Positions 1 through 8,670 of a stretch of DNA of 64,000 nucleotides are shown here, in pieces. The notes below the pieces were generated by a model. It did not search any database. It was not told the DNA's origin and worked only from the letters and a program-made list of their open reading frames with translations. The DNA comes from an uncultured Candidatus Micrarchaeota archaeon (lineage in GTDB: Archaea > Micrarchaeota > Micrarchaeia > Micrarchaeales > Micrarchaeaceae): the NCBI GenBank assembly GCA_963741095.1, contig CAVUGN010000001.1:1-64000 (forward strand), given 5' to 3'. Each line of letters opens with the position of its first letter. Within the stretch, counting starts at the first letter, position 1. The position numbers and the translations under genes were made by a program.

Positions 1-2
1 AA

Positions 3-1403
3 AAACTCGGGATACCGAAGAACCACATAGGCAGGGCGCTTGCGACAATGCTCGCAGGCACGAAGTTCCACAGGTACATGCAGCAGCGCGGCCAGCAGGG
101 CATAGGCGCGGCAGGCTGCACGCTCTTCGCGCAGATCACCACGGGCAAGCCCATATTCGCTAGATCATCGACGGGCACGGGCAAGGCCTATTCGTGCAGC
201 ATAGCAGTGGACACCGTGCACAACAAGCCGATAATCACGAACCTCACGGAGCTGCCAGAGGAGCCCCGGGGCCTCCGCGTCGAGGGGGAGTTCGCCGACG
301 TCAAGTACGAGAACGGCGATCATGGCATTTATGAATATCTGAGAAGGACGGCGCTGTCGAACCCGCACGCGCGCATAAAGTTCACGGACCCGACAGGCAA
401 GGAGTTCGTCTTCGAGCGTGCGGTCGAGAAGCAGCCGGAGAGACCCGAACCGGTGAAGCCGCATCCGCTGGGAATACTGGTCAACGACTTACTCGACTTC
501 GCCAAGGCGAGCGACAGCAGGAAACTGTCGTCCTTTCTGGTCGACGCTTTCGCAAGGGTCACATCGAACAAGGTTGCGGAGCTTAGGGAAATCGCAAAAG
601 GAGTTGACTTCGACAAGGATCCCAGGTCGCTGACATGGCCCGAGGCCGAGGAGCTCATAAAGGCGATAAAGGCGGTGAAATGGATTGCTCCTGACGCCAC
701 GCAGATCAAGGCGATAGGCAGCGAGCAGATAAGGATCGCGCTCAAGAACATACTGGACCCCGAGTTCATGCATGTTGTCGAGAGGAAGCCGAAGGTTTTC
801 AGGGGAGGCATACCGTTCATAGTCGAGGCCGCTGTCGCGTTCGGAGGCTCGGCGGGCAAGAAGACGGAGAACGGATACGAGGGCAACATACTGAGATTCG
901 CCAACAGGGTGCCATTGCTGTTCGACAACTCAAGCTGCGCGATAACCGCGGCGGCGAGGGGCGTCGACTGGAAGAGGTACAACATCGACATAGAAACACA
1001 GCCGGTCAGCGTCTTCGTCAACGTCTCTTCGGTCTACATACCTTATTCTGGAGTAGGCAAGGAGGCGATAGCGCAGGAGGACGAGATAATCGACGAGATA
1101 AAGCTCGCGGTGATGGACGCCGCAAGGGGAGTTCAGCACTACGTAAGCGGCAAGCAGAAGATCGCCGGAGAAACAAGCAGGTACAAGATGATAATGCGCT
1201 ACACCAAGCAGCTCGCGAAGGACCTGAGCAGCATAACCGGCGCGGACCAGAAGGGCGTGGAGCGGGACATAGAGAAGCTTGTGGCAAGGCATTATCCGAA
1301 AGCGACCGGTGCAGAAGGAGATGCCGAGCCCGAAGCGAAGGATAGCAAGGCCGACGAGAAGAAGCAGAAAGTTCTGGACGACGGTCCCGAAGACGAGGAT
1401 TAG
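3..1403 (+). CDS. top6B: DNA topoisomerase VI subunit B (5'-truncated by the window edge)
   Basis: The frame is open from position 3 (KLGIPKNHIGRALATMLAGTKFHR). GHKL ATPase motif QRGQQGIG, PHPLG, RFANRVPLLFD and GKEAIA are present. Confidence 0.95.
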   Translation, partial: KLGIPKNHIGRALATMLAGTKFHRYMQQRGQQGIGAAGCTLFAQITTGKPIFARSSTGTGKAYSCSIAVDTVHNKPIITNLTELPEEPRGLRVEGEFADVKYENGDHGIYEYLRRTALSNPHARIKFTDPTGKEFVFERAVEKQPERPEPVKPHPLGILVNDLLDFAKASDSRKLSSFLVDAFARVTSNKVAELREIAKGVDFDKDPRSLTWPEAEELIKAIKAVKWIAPDATQIKAIGSEQIRIALKNILDPEFMHVVERKPKVFRGGIPFIVEAAVAFGGSAGKKTENGYEGNILRFANRVPLLFDNSSCAITAAARGVDWKRYNIDIETQPVSVFVNVSSVYIPYSGVGKEAIAQEDEIIDEIKLAVMDAARGVQHYVSGKQKIAGETSRYKMIMRYTKQLAKDLSSITGADQKGVERDIEKLVARHYPKATGAEGDAEPEAKDSKADEKKQKVLDDGPEDED

Positions 1404-3799
1404 CCCAGCGCGTCCGAGGGGTTGTCCGCGTCGATCAGGCTGATTGTCCCGGAAGAGATGTACACCTTGAGCATCTCCGATTCACGCGTCATCGATTTGT
1501 ACAGCTCGCTCTTGAACTCCTCGAGCTTCTCGGAATTCAGGAAGGCTATGCATGTCTTGCTCCCAGAGTATATGGGTATGCTGCTGAACTTCATCGGCTT
1601 CGAGTATATTATTATGTACTTCCGCTCGTTGCGCAGCGTCGCTACGATGTCGGCCACGCTGCTGGAGTCGATGTCCGTGAAGAGGTAGGCGTGCGTGACC
1701 AGGTACAGCCTGAGCTTCTTAAACGTGGCGAGGTACTCGATGCTGTGGCCGCTCTGCGTGGTCCATGCCTGGGGGGCGTAGAGCCCGTCAGCCCCGATCA
1801 ACTGCCCGCCGGCAATTAGCTGGTTTATTATCGCATCCACGTTGCTGTAGGTCAGGTTGACTGGCATGTTGTTGTACTTTATGTTTCCAGATATCGCAAT
1901 TCTTAGTTCGGCGCTTGACAGCGGCATGTACCTCCAGTGGTAGTGCGTGTTCAGCCTGTCGAAAGCTGACAGGACCTCCTTGTCCTTGAGCTTTATTTCC
2001 GTCTTCTTCTGCTCTGGCAGCGAGGGTATGTCTATGTAGAACTCGTCCCTGTTCGGCGCGCGGACCAGCACCACCATGAGTATGACCACTATGGAGACTA
2101 TCGCGAGCTCCACGTACTGCTTGTTTATGGTGATGACGTTCGGGGCGTTCGTCACGGTCGAGTTGAATTCCTGCGAGAGCATGTCTATCGAGAAGTTGAG
2201 GTCGCCGTAGATGACCGGGGTGCCGCTGGGCAGCGTGTAGGTCAGCGTCCCGTTCTTTATGACGCCCGTATCCCTGTAGAGCTTGTTGAGCGAGATGTTG
2301 TAGGTTATGTCTGAGAGCTTCTGCCCTGCCGATGTGGCCGAGAAGGTGAAGGTGCCGCTGCTGAAGTTCGCGCCCTCCAGGGAGAGGATCACTGGCGACA
2401 CGTTGAAGTATGCGGCGGAGTACTGCGAATTGTTGAAGCTCTTCAGCTTCATTATGTACTTGCCCGGACCGAGATAGAAGCCCAGGTACTTGACGAAGGT
2501 GAAGTTTCCGCTGGCTGTGAAGAATGGCAGGGGTATTGTGAGTATGCTGCTCATGTCCAAGGTGTAGATGTCGAGGTGCGGCTGTATCTGCAGGTTGACC
2601 GGTGAATTCGTGAACAGGGTCATCACGACCGGAATCTGCTGGTTCGGCACTATCGATTTCGCGATGGAGAGAGTGCCGTTGAGCGAGCCTCTCGGGGTAA
2701 AGTGGAGGTACTGGTAGGCCACGTTGGCGTTTATCGTGGAGTTTGCGAACACCACGGCCCTTGCGTAGCCGATGTTTGATCCGTCGATTGCGCCTTTTAG
2801 GTTGGCCTTGTTGGTCACGTTCATGCCGGACCTGATCACGCTTATGAGCCCATTCGCGGTGTTCATGCCGGTCGTGTTTACCGCCGTGTGGCCGGTGGAG
2901 TAGCTGGGCAGCCAGAAGAGCTTCTGTATCGCCGTGGCTATGTCGATGCCCACGTCGTCGTAGGAGATCCATGCCTCGGGCATGTTCGAGAAGGCGATGA
3001 TGGAGCCGTTGTAGGCGTTCTCGTAGCTTATCCCGCCGAGATTCGCGCCGTTCGAGAACGAAAAGGTGCTCTTGTTGAAGAAGAAGCCCTTGGTGGAATT
3101 GCCCGAGGGCCCGACGGTCTCCAGGAAATTCGGGAGCTTGATGCCGGATGTTGGTATCACTATCGAGCCCGGAAGAAGGGCCCGGGAGAAGTCCTGGCCC
3201 ACGTAGATCACGCTTATGCCCTTGTTCAGCATTGTCCGCATGGGAGTGACGTTGAAGGAGTTTGGAGTGAGAAGCGCAGCAGGCATCAGGCCGCTGAGTA
3301 TCACGACTATGGAATCGTTGGGAAGCGCGGAAACGGATGAGAGCGAGACCGTCGAGACCCCGTCCGAATTGCCTATGATCCCGTAGCGCACCAGCCTGTC
3401 CTCCATGGCTTCCACTATCTGCGGAGTAGAGCCGCAGTTGAAGCATTCATCGCTGGTGTTCAGCACGAACACGCCGCTCGGAGGAGGCGATTTGAAGACT
3501 GTTACGTTCATTGCAATGGAGGTTGCGTTGCGCGACGAATATGAGAACAGGGTGTAGGGTAGAAGACTGGAGCTGTTTGCGTACGACAGCAGGTCCTGCG
3601 ACACCAGCGTGACGCTCACGCTGGGGTTTCCGTAGTGTAGCACTATAACGTTGGCGTTGACCGTTGCCTGCGTGGCGCTGTTCAGCGTGTAGTTGACGTA
3701 AAGCGCGAAGGCGCCCAGGACCACCGCAATGATTAGTACGATTATAACTGCCGCCTTCCTGGCGCCGATGCCCCTTTTCTGGACTAGAACTCCGGCCAT
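1400..3799 (-). CDS. Large membrane protein: N-terminal TM, large N-x-S/T-rich extracellular region, second TM, ~220-aa cytoplasmic domain
   Basis: 799-aa ORF with hydrophobic segments at about aa 15-35 and 563-580. Last gene of the minus-strand locus; its stop overlaps the top6B stop convergently. Confidence 0.8.
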   Translation of the reverse strand: MAGVLVQKRGIGARKAAVIIVLIIAVVLGAFALYVNYTLNSATQATVNANVIVLHYGNPSVSVTLVSQDLLSYANSSSLLPYTLFSYSSRNATSIAMNVTVFKSPPPSGVFVLNTSDECFNCGSTPQIVEAMEDRLVRYGIIGNSDGVSTVSLSSVSALPNDSIVVILSGLMPAALLTPNSFNVTPMRTMLNKGISVIYVGQDFSRALLPGSIVIPTSGIKLPNFLETVGPSGNSTKGFFFNKSTFSFSNGANLGGISYENAYNGSIIAFSNMPEAWISYDDVGIDIATAIQKLFWLPSYSTGHTAVNTTGMNTANGLISVIRSGMNVTNKANLKGAIDGSNIGYARAVVFANSTINANVAYQYLHFTPRGSLNGTLSIAKSIVPNQQIPVVMTLFTNSPVNLQIQPHLDIYTLDMSSILTIPLPFFTASGNFTFVKYLGFYLGPGKYIMKLKSFNNSQYSAAYFNVSPVILSLEGANFSSGTFTFSATSAGQKLSDITYNISLNKLYRDTGVIKNGTLTYTLPSGTPVIYGDLNFSIDMLSQEFNSTVTNAPNVITINKQYVELAIVSIVVILMVVLVRAPNRDEFYIDIPSLPEQKKTEIKLKDKEVLSAFDRLNTHYHWRYMPLSSAELRIAISGNIKYNNMPVNLTYSNVDAIINQLIAGGQLIGADGLYAPQAWTTQSGHSIEYLATFKKLRLYLVTHAYLFTDIDSSSVADIVATLRNERKYIIIYSKPMKFSSIPIYSGSKTCIAFLNSEKLEEFKSELYKSMTRESEMLKVYISSGTISLIDADNPSDALG

Positions 3800-3960
3800 C
3801 AGCTCAACTTTTCAGCCGCGTTGGCAGTACGGGCTCCCTTCGGATTGAACACCCGAATGAACATCCTGGTCAGCGCGTTCTGGTTCTCGCCGATGCGGTG
3901 GAGCACCACGTAGACGTGCACGTCCCTGACTCTTTTGGTAACGCGTGCGAAGTATTTCAT
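3799..3960 (-). CDS. Small basic protein, 53 aa (not in the ORF track)
   Basis: ATG at 3960 encodes MKYFARVTKRVRDVHVYVVLHRIGENQNALTRMFIRVFNPKGARTANAAEKLS. It starts 2 nt after the upstream stop, and its TGA overlaps the next ATG (TGATG). Confidence 0.6.
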   Translation of the reverse strand: MKYFARVTKRVRDVHVYVVLHRIGENQNALTRMFIRVFNPKGARTANAAEKLS

Positions 3961-3962
3961 GC

Positions 3963-4691
3963 TCAACCCTTCAGCTCTATATAGCCCAGAGAGACCATCT
4001 TGTTAAGTATCTGCTCGACCCTCGGGGGTATTATCTTGTAGGTGGTGCTGAACTCGTTCACGTCTATCGTGTTGTCGTGCGACTCCAGCCATTCTTGCAC
4101 CATCACCATCAGCGATTCGTCCGAATAGGATTCGAGGCCGCTCAGCCTCTGCTTCAGCTTCGCGTTCTCCTCCGTGATCTGCGTCGCCTGCACCGACAGG
4201 TTCTTGTTCGACGCGGTCAGTTCCAGGTTCAGCCGCTTCAGCTCGCGGTACTCGTTGAAGAGGGAGTCGTAGTTGTTGAAGAGCGTGCTGTAGCTCTGCG
4301 ACATCGAATTGAGCATGTCGTCTATCGCGGAATCGGCGTTCTGGAACAGCTCGGCGTTGTCGGCGACGTAGAGATCGACGACCAGCGAGAGCACGCTCAG
4401 CAGCGTCTTGAGCACGTAGACCCTCCGCATCTTGGGGCTTGAATCCGGCGCTATCGTGTACCTGAGGCTGATGCGCTCCTTCTCGAACGTTATTATCAGG
4501 AACAGGAACGGCCTTTTCTGTATGTCCCTGCTCTCTATCATCGCGAGCGTCAGGTTGTCGCTCGTCGACCGCGATATGAACAGCTGCAGGGATGAAAGCC
4601 TTGTCTCCATCGCCCCGAAATCGCCGAGCAGCCTGCCCTTTATCGCTATCTCGTCAGTCTTCGGCTCCACAATCGTCGGATCAGCAGGCAA
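3963..4691 (-). CDS. Hypothetical protein with coiled coil and probable C-terminal winged helix
   Basis: TTG start. Heptad segment LFNEYRELKRLNLELTASNKNLSVQATQITEENAKLKQRL; C-terminus IDVNEFSTTYKIIPPRVEQILNKMVSLGYIE resembles a wHTH. Confidence 0.75.
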   Translation of the reverse strand: MPADPTIVEPKTDEIAIKGRLLGDFGAMETRLSSLQLFISRSTSDNLTLAMIESRDIQKRPFLFLIITFEKERISLRYTIAPDSSPKMRRVYVLKTLLSVLSLVVDLYVADNAELFQNADSAIDDMLNSMSQSYSTLFNNYDSLFNEYRELKRLNLELTASNKNLSVQATQITEENAKLKQRLSGLESYSDESLMVMVQEWLESHDNTIDVNEFSTTYKIIPPRVEQILNKMVSLGYIELKG

Positions 4692-4732
4692 ACTAAACCC
4701 CCTTGACTCATCTCATGAAAGTATATTAAATA

Positions 4733-5095
4733 TTACTTCTTCGCCTTGACCTCCGGCATGTCCACGCCCGGCGTGTATCCCAGTTGGGAGAGCAGGTAAA
4801 GGAAAACCGTTATGCCTATGCCGGCAGCGAAAGCCGAAATGCTGAAGCGGGAGATGAAGACCAGAAGGACCGCGAAGACCGCGCCGAGCGTGGTGTACAT
4901 CAGCTCCTTCCGCTGGTAGCTGTCCCTTGCCTTCTTGTACTTCAGGAAGCAGTCCTTGCAGACGACGAGCCGATAGTTCTTCTCGTTCTTCGTCACGTTC
5001 TTCTTGAACCATCTCACCGATTCGATCACGTAGTCGTTCCGGACCGCTAATCCGTTCTTCTTCTCACCGCAGATTATGCATCTTGATTCTTTCAT
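4733..5095 (-). CDS. Small membrane protein with N-terminal CxxC...CxxC zinc-ribbon-like motif and two C-terminal TM helices
   Basis: CIIC and CKDC motifs followed by two hydrophobic stretches. Confidence 0.75.
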   Translation of the reverse strand: MKESRCIICGEKKNGLAVRNDYVIESVRWFKKNVTKNEKNYRLVVCKDCFLKYKKARDSYQRKELMYTTLGAVFAVLLVFISRFSISAFAAGIGITVFLYLLSQLGYTPGVDMPEVKAKK

Positions 5096-5099
5096 GGCA

Positions 5100-5408
5100 T
5101 CAGCTCGTTTCTATCTCGGCGTTGTAGAGCCGCCCGGTCTCCGCGCTTATCTTTTGCTCGTCGACCATGTTGAACACTCCGTTTATCGTTATGTCGTCCA
5201 TGCCGATCCTCCTGAAGACGTTGCCCAGCGTGTCGCGGTTCATGCCCATCTTCTCGAGCAGCGATGCAAGGGTTATGACGTTGATGTGCCTGTGCGATTT
5301 GTCTATCGTGGTGAATATTGACTGGATGCTCTTGTCGTTTATGCCGAACGCGATGAGCACGTGCCTCAGCTCGTTCCTCGTTATTATGAATGTGCTAGAC
5401 TTGGGCAT
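5100..5408 (-). CDS. Small helical protein paralogous to the C-terminal domain of the adjacent ATPase
   Basis: Ungapped similarity: NELRHVLIAFGINDKSIQSIFTTIDKSHRHI versus DELKNKFIEYNISGQSIDSIFAKMDGEGRSI. Confidence 0.75.
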   Translation of the reverse strand: MPKSSTFIITRNELRHVLIAFGINDKSIQSIFTTIDKSHRHINVITLASLLEKMGMNRDTLGNVFRRIGMDDITINGVFNMVDEQKISAETGRLYNAEIETS

Positions 5409-6918
5409 TCATTGCACCTGCGTTCGATATTATCCTTGTTATGAGCACGTCCTCTATGCTCAGGCTCTTCATGAACGAGACGATGTTCGCTATGGTGACT
5501 TCCGCCTCCTTGAGCGACGCCACGAACTCGAGCATCTTTATGCTCCTGCCTTCGCCGTCCATCTTTGCGAAGATGCTGTCGATGCTCTGCCCGCTTATGT
5601 TGTACTCGATGAACTTGTTCTTGAGCTCGTCCTTCTCGAACTGGTAGTCGCGCTGCACGACTCCGGACGAGAGCTCGCTCTGCGTGAGCACGTCGGACAT
5701 GTCGACCGTGTAGATGTAGAGCGGCTCCTCTCCCTGTATCTTCTCCAGGACGAACGTGCCCGGGAACCTCAGCGCGGTCTGGAACGACATCTCCACCGCG
5801 GCCTGGCCAACTCCGAACTTCGTTATCTCCTCGCGTATGAACTCCGAGAAGTTCAGCGAGCCCTGTATGTAGTTTAGGAACTTCTCGAATTTTATCTTGA
5901 GTATGAAAGTCGTGCCCACGTTCGAGAATATGGCCTCGTTTATGTCCGTCGGGTTCTGCGACGCGACTATGAGGCCGAACTGGTACTTCCTTCCTTCTCT
6001 GACTATGGTTATCGCGTCGCTCTTCTCGTCGCTCGCCACCTTCCAGGCCTCATCGAGGACCACTATGGCACGCAGCCCCTTCGTCTCGCTCCAGCCCTCC
6101 GCGCGCATCTTCTCCTTCAGCGTCTGCAGTATGAACAGCGCAGCCAATGCCCTGAACCGCTCGTCCGGCAGCGCGGATAGGTCGATGTCGACCAGCCCCG
6201 ATTCGACGAGCTTGCTCAGGTCCAGCGTGCTCTTCCTGGCGAAATAATCCTCGCCCTCCTTCGAGAACTGCCTGAGCCGGTATATCGCGTTCTCCGCCTC
6301 TGCCGGGTACTCGTAATTGCCCTCCTGCAATTTCTCCTGCAGTATGGCTATGACGTCCTTTATCGTCGGGGCGTCCTTGCCCTCCGGAGCCTTCTCCGAG
6401 GCTATGAAGCCGGCGTCGACATAAGCCTGGTCTATCGCCTCGTCGGTGATCCTCTTCTGCTCGGGATACTGGGATATGTCGGTGAGTATGTCAAGCGAGG
6501 TTATGATCTGCTTCGTCCTGTCGAGGGGCTTCATCCCGGACAGGTCCATTATGTTTAGATAATCGCCCTTGCCGAGTGACACCACGATGCCGCCGGTCTG
6601 CTTCACCCATGCCTTGTACTCCCCAGCCCAGTCTATTATCACCGCGTTCGTGTTCCAGAGGTAGCTCGCCCTGATCAGCAGCGTCTTGACGAAGAAGCTC
6701 TTTCCGGAACCGGTTATGCCGACGACCGCTATGTGAGGATTTGTGAGGTTGAGGAACGACCAGGTGAACGGCACCTTGAATATCTTTGTGGTGCCGACGT
6801 ATATCGACTGGAAGGGATCGGAAAGGAGCACGCTTGCTGGCGGCTCTGGGGGCCTTGAGAGGAAAGCCCTCCTGGCAATCTCGTTGCTCATTATGTGCTG
6901 CAACTTCAGTATTGTCAT
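5395..6918 (-). CDS. VirB4/CedB-like (FtsK-HerA superfamily) ATPase
   Basis: NPHIAVVGITGSGKS (Walker A), VIIDWAGEY, VVLDEAW (Walker B) and REGRKYQFGLIVASQ (Arg finger plus the conserved Gln). Confidence 0.88.
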   Translation of the reverse strand: MTILKLQHIMSNEIARRAFLSRPPEPPASVLLSDPFQSIYVGTTKIFKVPFTWSFLNLTNPHIAVVGITGSGKSFFVKTLLIRASYLWNTNAVIIDWAGEYKAWVKQTGGIVVSLGKGDYLNIMDLSGMKPLDRTKQIITSLDILTDISQYPEQKRITDEAIDQAYVDAGFIASEKAPEGKDAPTIKDVIAILQEKLQEGNYEYPAEAENAIYRLRQFSKEGEDYFARKSTLDLSKLVESGLVDIDLSALPDERFRALAALFILQTLKEKMRAEGWSETKGLRAIVVLDEAWKVASDEKSDAITIVREGRKYQFGLIVASQNPTDINEAIFSNVGTTFILKIKFEKFLNYIQGSLNFSEFIREEITKFGVGQAAVEMSFQTALRFPGTFVLEKIQGEEPLYIYTVDMSDVLTQSELSSGVVQRDYQFEKDELKNKFIEYNISGQSIDSIFAKMDGEGRSIKMLEFVASLKEAEVTIANIVSFMKSLSIEDVLITRIISNAGAMNAQV

Positions 6919-6939
6919 CGTTATCAGTAATGATGTTAG

Positions 6940-6957
6940 ACTTAAAGTGTCTTTTGG
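6940..6957 (-). promoter_or_regulatory. Putative BRE/TATA promoter of the ATPase gene (leaderless)
   Basis: Minus strand reads CCAAAAGACACTTTAAGT; TTTAAG lies 23-28 nt upstream of the ATG at 6918. Confidence 0.5.
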
Positions 6958-7794
6958 TCAGCTCTGCTGGTTGAAGTATGACGAAGTTTCCTCGCTGGTG
7001 GTTGGCAGCTTGAAGTTGAAGTCGAAGAGCGTGTGCAGCTCCCTGCCCACAACCCTTGTCAGGTCGACATCGAGCGAGCCCAGGGCCACCTGCAGGCTCT
7101 TTATCTGGGCCTCCAGCGCGTCGAGCGCCGCTTTTTCGCTGACCCCTATCGCGGTCGTCTCGACGTACATGACGGTCGCGATCGGCTTCTCGCCCTCGCT
7201 TATCCTGTTTATCTGCGCCTGCAGGACGCTTATCGTCCTCTGCAGCTCAGTCACAGTGACCTCGTTGGCGTTCCCGCCCTGCATCGCCCTCGACAGCTGG
7301 AACTCCTGGTAGGACCGCTTGCCTTCCAGTTCGTCCCTGACCTTCTGCACGTCCAGTCCCGATGAGATCACGTGGAACTTGAATGGGAATCCGAGGCTCA
7401 TGACCGCCCGCTCCCACGATCCGGGCGCGTTGATGTACTTGGTGTCGTCGCTCTCAACCTCCGCGACCTCCTGCTTGAAGACGTACGCGAACAGATTGGC
7501 GCTTATGAATCCAGTCGTGTAGTAGAGCCCGTTGACGTCCTTCATTATCGCGTCCTGCGTTCGGACTATCTTGTAGCCGCTTGCCGGCTGGAAGGTTATG
7601 TTGAGAAGGTTGGTCACAAGCGAGAAGAGAACGAAGTCGACCCAGTTCAGCATCAGTATCGCGCCTATGCTTATCAGTATCAGTGCGAGCGCCACGTAGA
7701 TGAAGAAGCTGCTGCCCAGCTCCGGCAGGAGCACCAGCGCGGCCAGGGGTATCAGCATCGAGAACAACAGGTAAGCCATGCTTTCTTCGTCCAT
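6958..7794 (-). CDS. Membrane-anchored coiled-coil protein, possibly VirB3 plus VirB4-N-terminal-like (paralog B)
   Basis: Two N-terminal TMs, then PFKFHV, a helical hairpin, and TAIGVSEKAALDALEAQIKSL..LG..L..VVGREL. Same layout as 7796..8629. Confidence 0.7.
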   Translation of the reverse strand: MDEESMAYLLFSMLIPLAALVLLPELGSSFFIYVALALILISIGAILMLNWVDFVLFSLVTNLLNITFQPASGYKIVRTQDAIMKDVNGLYYTTGFISANLFAYVFKQEVAEVESDDTKYINAPGSWERAVMSLGFPFKFHVISSGLDVQKVRDELEGKRSYQEFQLSRAMQGGNANEVTVTELQRTISVLQAQINRISEGEKPIATVMYVETTAIGVSEKAALDALEAQIKSLQVALGSLDVDLTRVVGRELHTLFDFNFKLPTTSEETSSYFNQQS

Positions 7795-7795
7795 A

Positions 7796-8629
7796 TCACA
7801 CCACCTGCTCCTGTATGTTCTTGCTTATCTGCTCGCTTATCGTCGAATATGGTATCAGGAATTCCGGCTCCACGAACTTGAGCAGGTCGTTGCCGATGAC
7901 TATGTTCGGGGAGACCCCGAGCAGCGCGCCTATCCCGGACATGAGCTCCTTGGCCTTCAGCTGCGCGATGTTTATCGCCTCGAATTCCTTGCTGCCCCGA
8001 GCCGAGAGCGAAGCGAACGAGGCCAGCTCCAACGAGGTTGCCTTGCTGACGTTGTCGAGCATCTTGCGCCACATGGAGAGCTTGCCCCGGACCCTTTCGA
8101 GCTCGCTCTGGCTTGCCTCCTTCGCCAGCAGCGCGGACTCCTCGTTCTCCACGCCGCTTATCATGTCCCTCAATTGCTGTATGTAGGAATCCTTGTTCAT
8201 CACGTACAGCTCCGTTGTGAACCGGACTGGGTCCTTGCTTATCCCGACAAGGGCGCTTATCTGCTTCGAGAAGGCCAGCTTCTCGTCGTCATTCATCTCC
8301 GTCGAGGAGATGTAGAGCGGTATGTTGATGTACATCGTTGCTATGAACTCCTCTCCGACCTTTGTCATTATCGAATCCGATGTGGTCGATATCCAGTAGG
8401 GCTGCTCCGTGCTGAGCACGACGTTCCTCCTCCTCTGCTCGAAGAAGGGTATCATGAGGTAGGTGTAGTATCTTGACGAGAACGCGAGGACGTCGAGCAG
8501 CAAGGCCAGGAACAGGAGCGGTACCTTTATTATGCTGAAAATCAAGCCGCTGGGCAGCGAGGCCGCTAGCGCGAGAAAAACTGCGGAGAGCGCGAGCAGG
8601 CCGAGGAACACGAGAACCTTTTTTTCCAT
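7796..8629 (-). CDS. Membrane-anchored coiled-coil protein, possibly VirB3 plus VirB4-N-terminal-like (paralog A)
   Basis: Two N-terminal TMs, then PVRFTT, a helical hairpin, and SARGSKEFEAINIAQLKAKEL..LLG..P.IVIGNDL. Confidence 0.7.
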   Translation of the reverse strand: MEKKVLVFLGLLALSAVFLALAASLPSGLIFSIIKVPLLFLALLLDVLAFSSRYYTYLMIPFFEQRRRNVVLSTEQPYWISTTSDSIMTKVGEEFIATMYINIPLYISSTEMNDDEKLAFSKQISALVGISKDPVRFTTELYVMNKDSYIQQLRDMISGVENEESALLAKEASQSELERVRGKLSMWRKMLDNVSKATSLELASFASLSARGSKEFEAINIAQLKAKELMSGIGALLGVSPNIVIGNDLLKFVEPEFLIPYSTISEQISKNIQEQVV

Positions 8630-8670
8630 GAAGTCTTTTTATTATCGATGCGAAGCCTTATATTTGTTTT

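Noticed and set aside
5395-6918. HerA DNA-repair helicase
   Set aside because: No N-terminal HAS barrel is evident and there is no nurA, mre11 or rad50 nearby; the neighbours are membrane and pilin-like genes.
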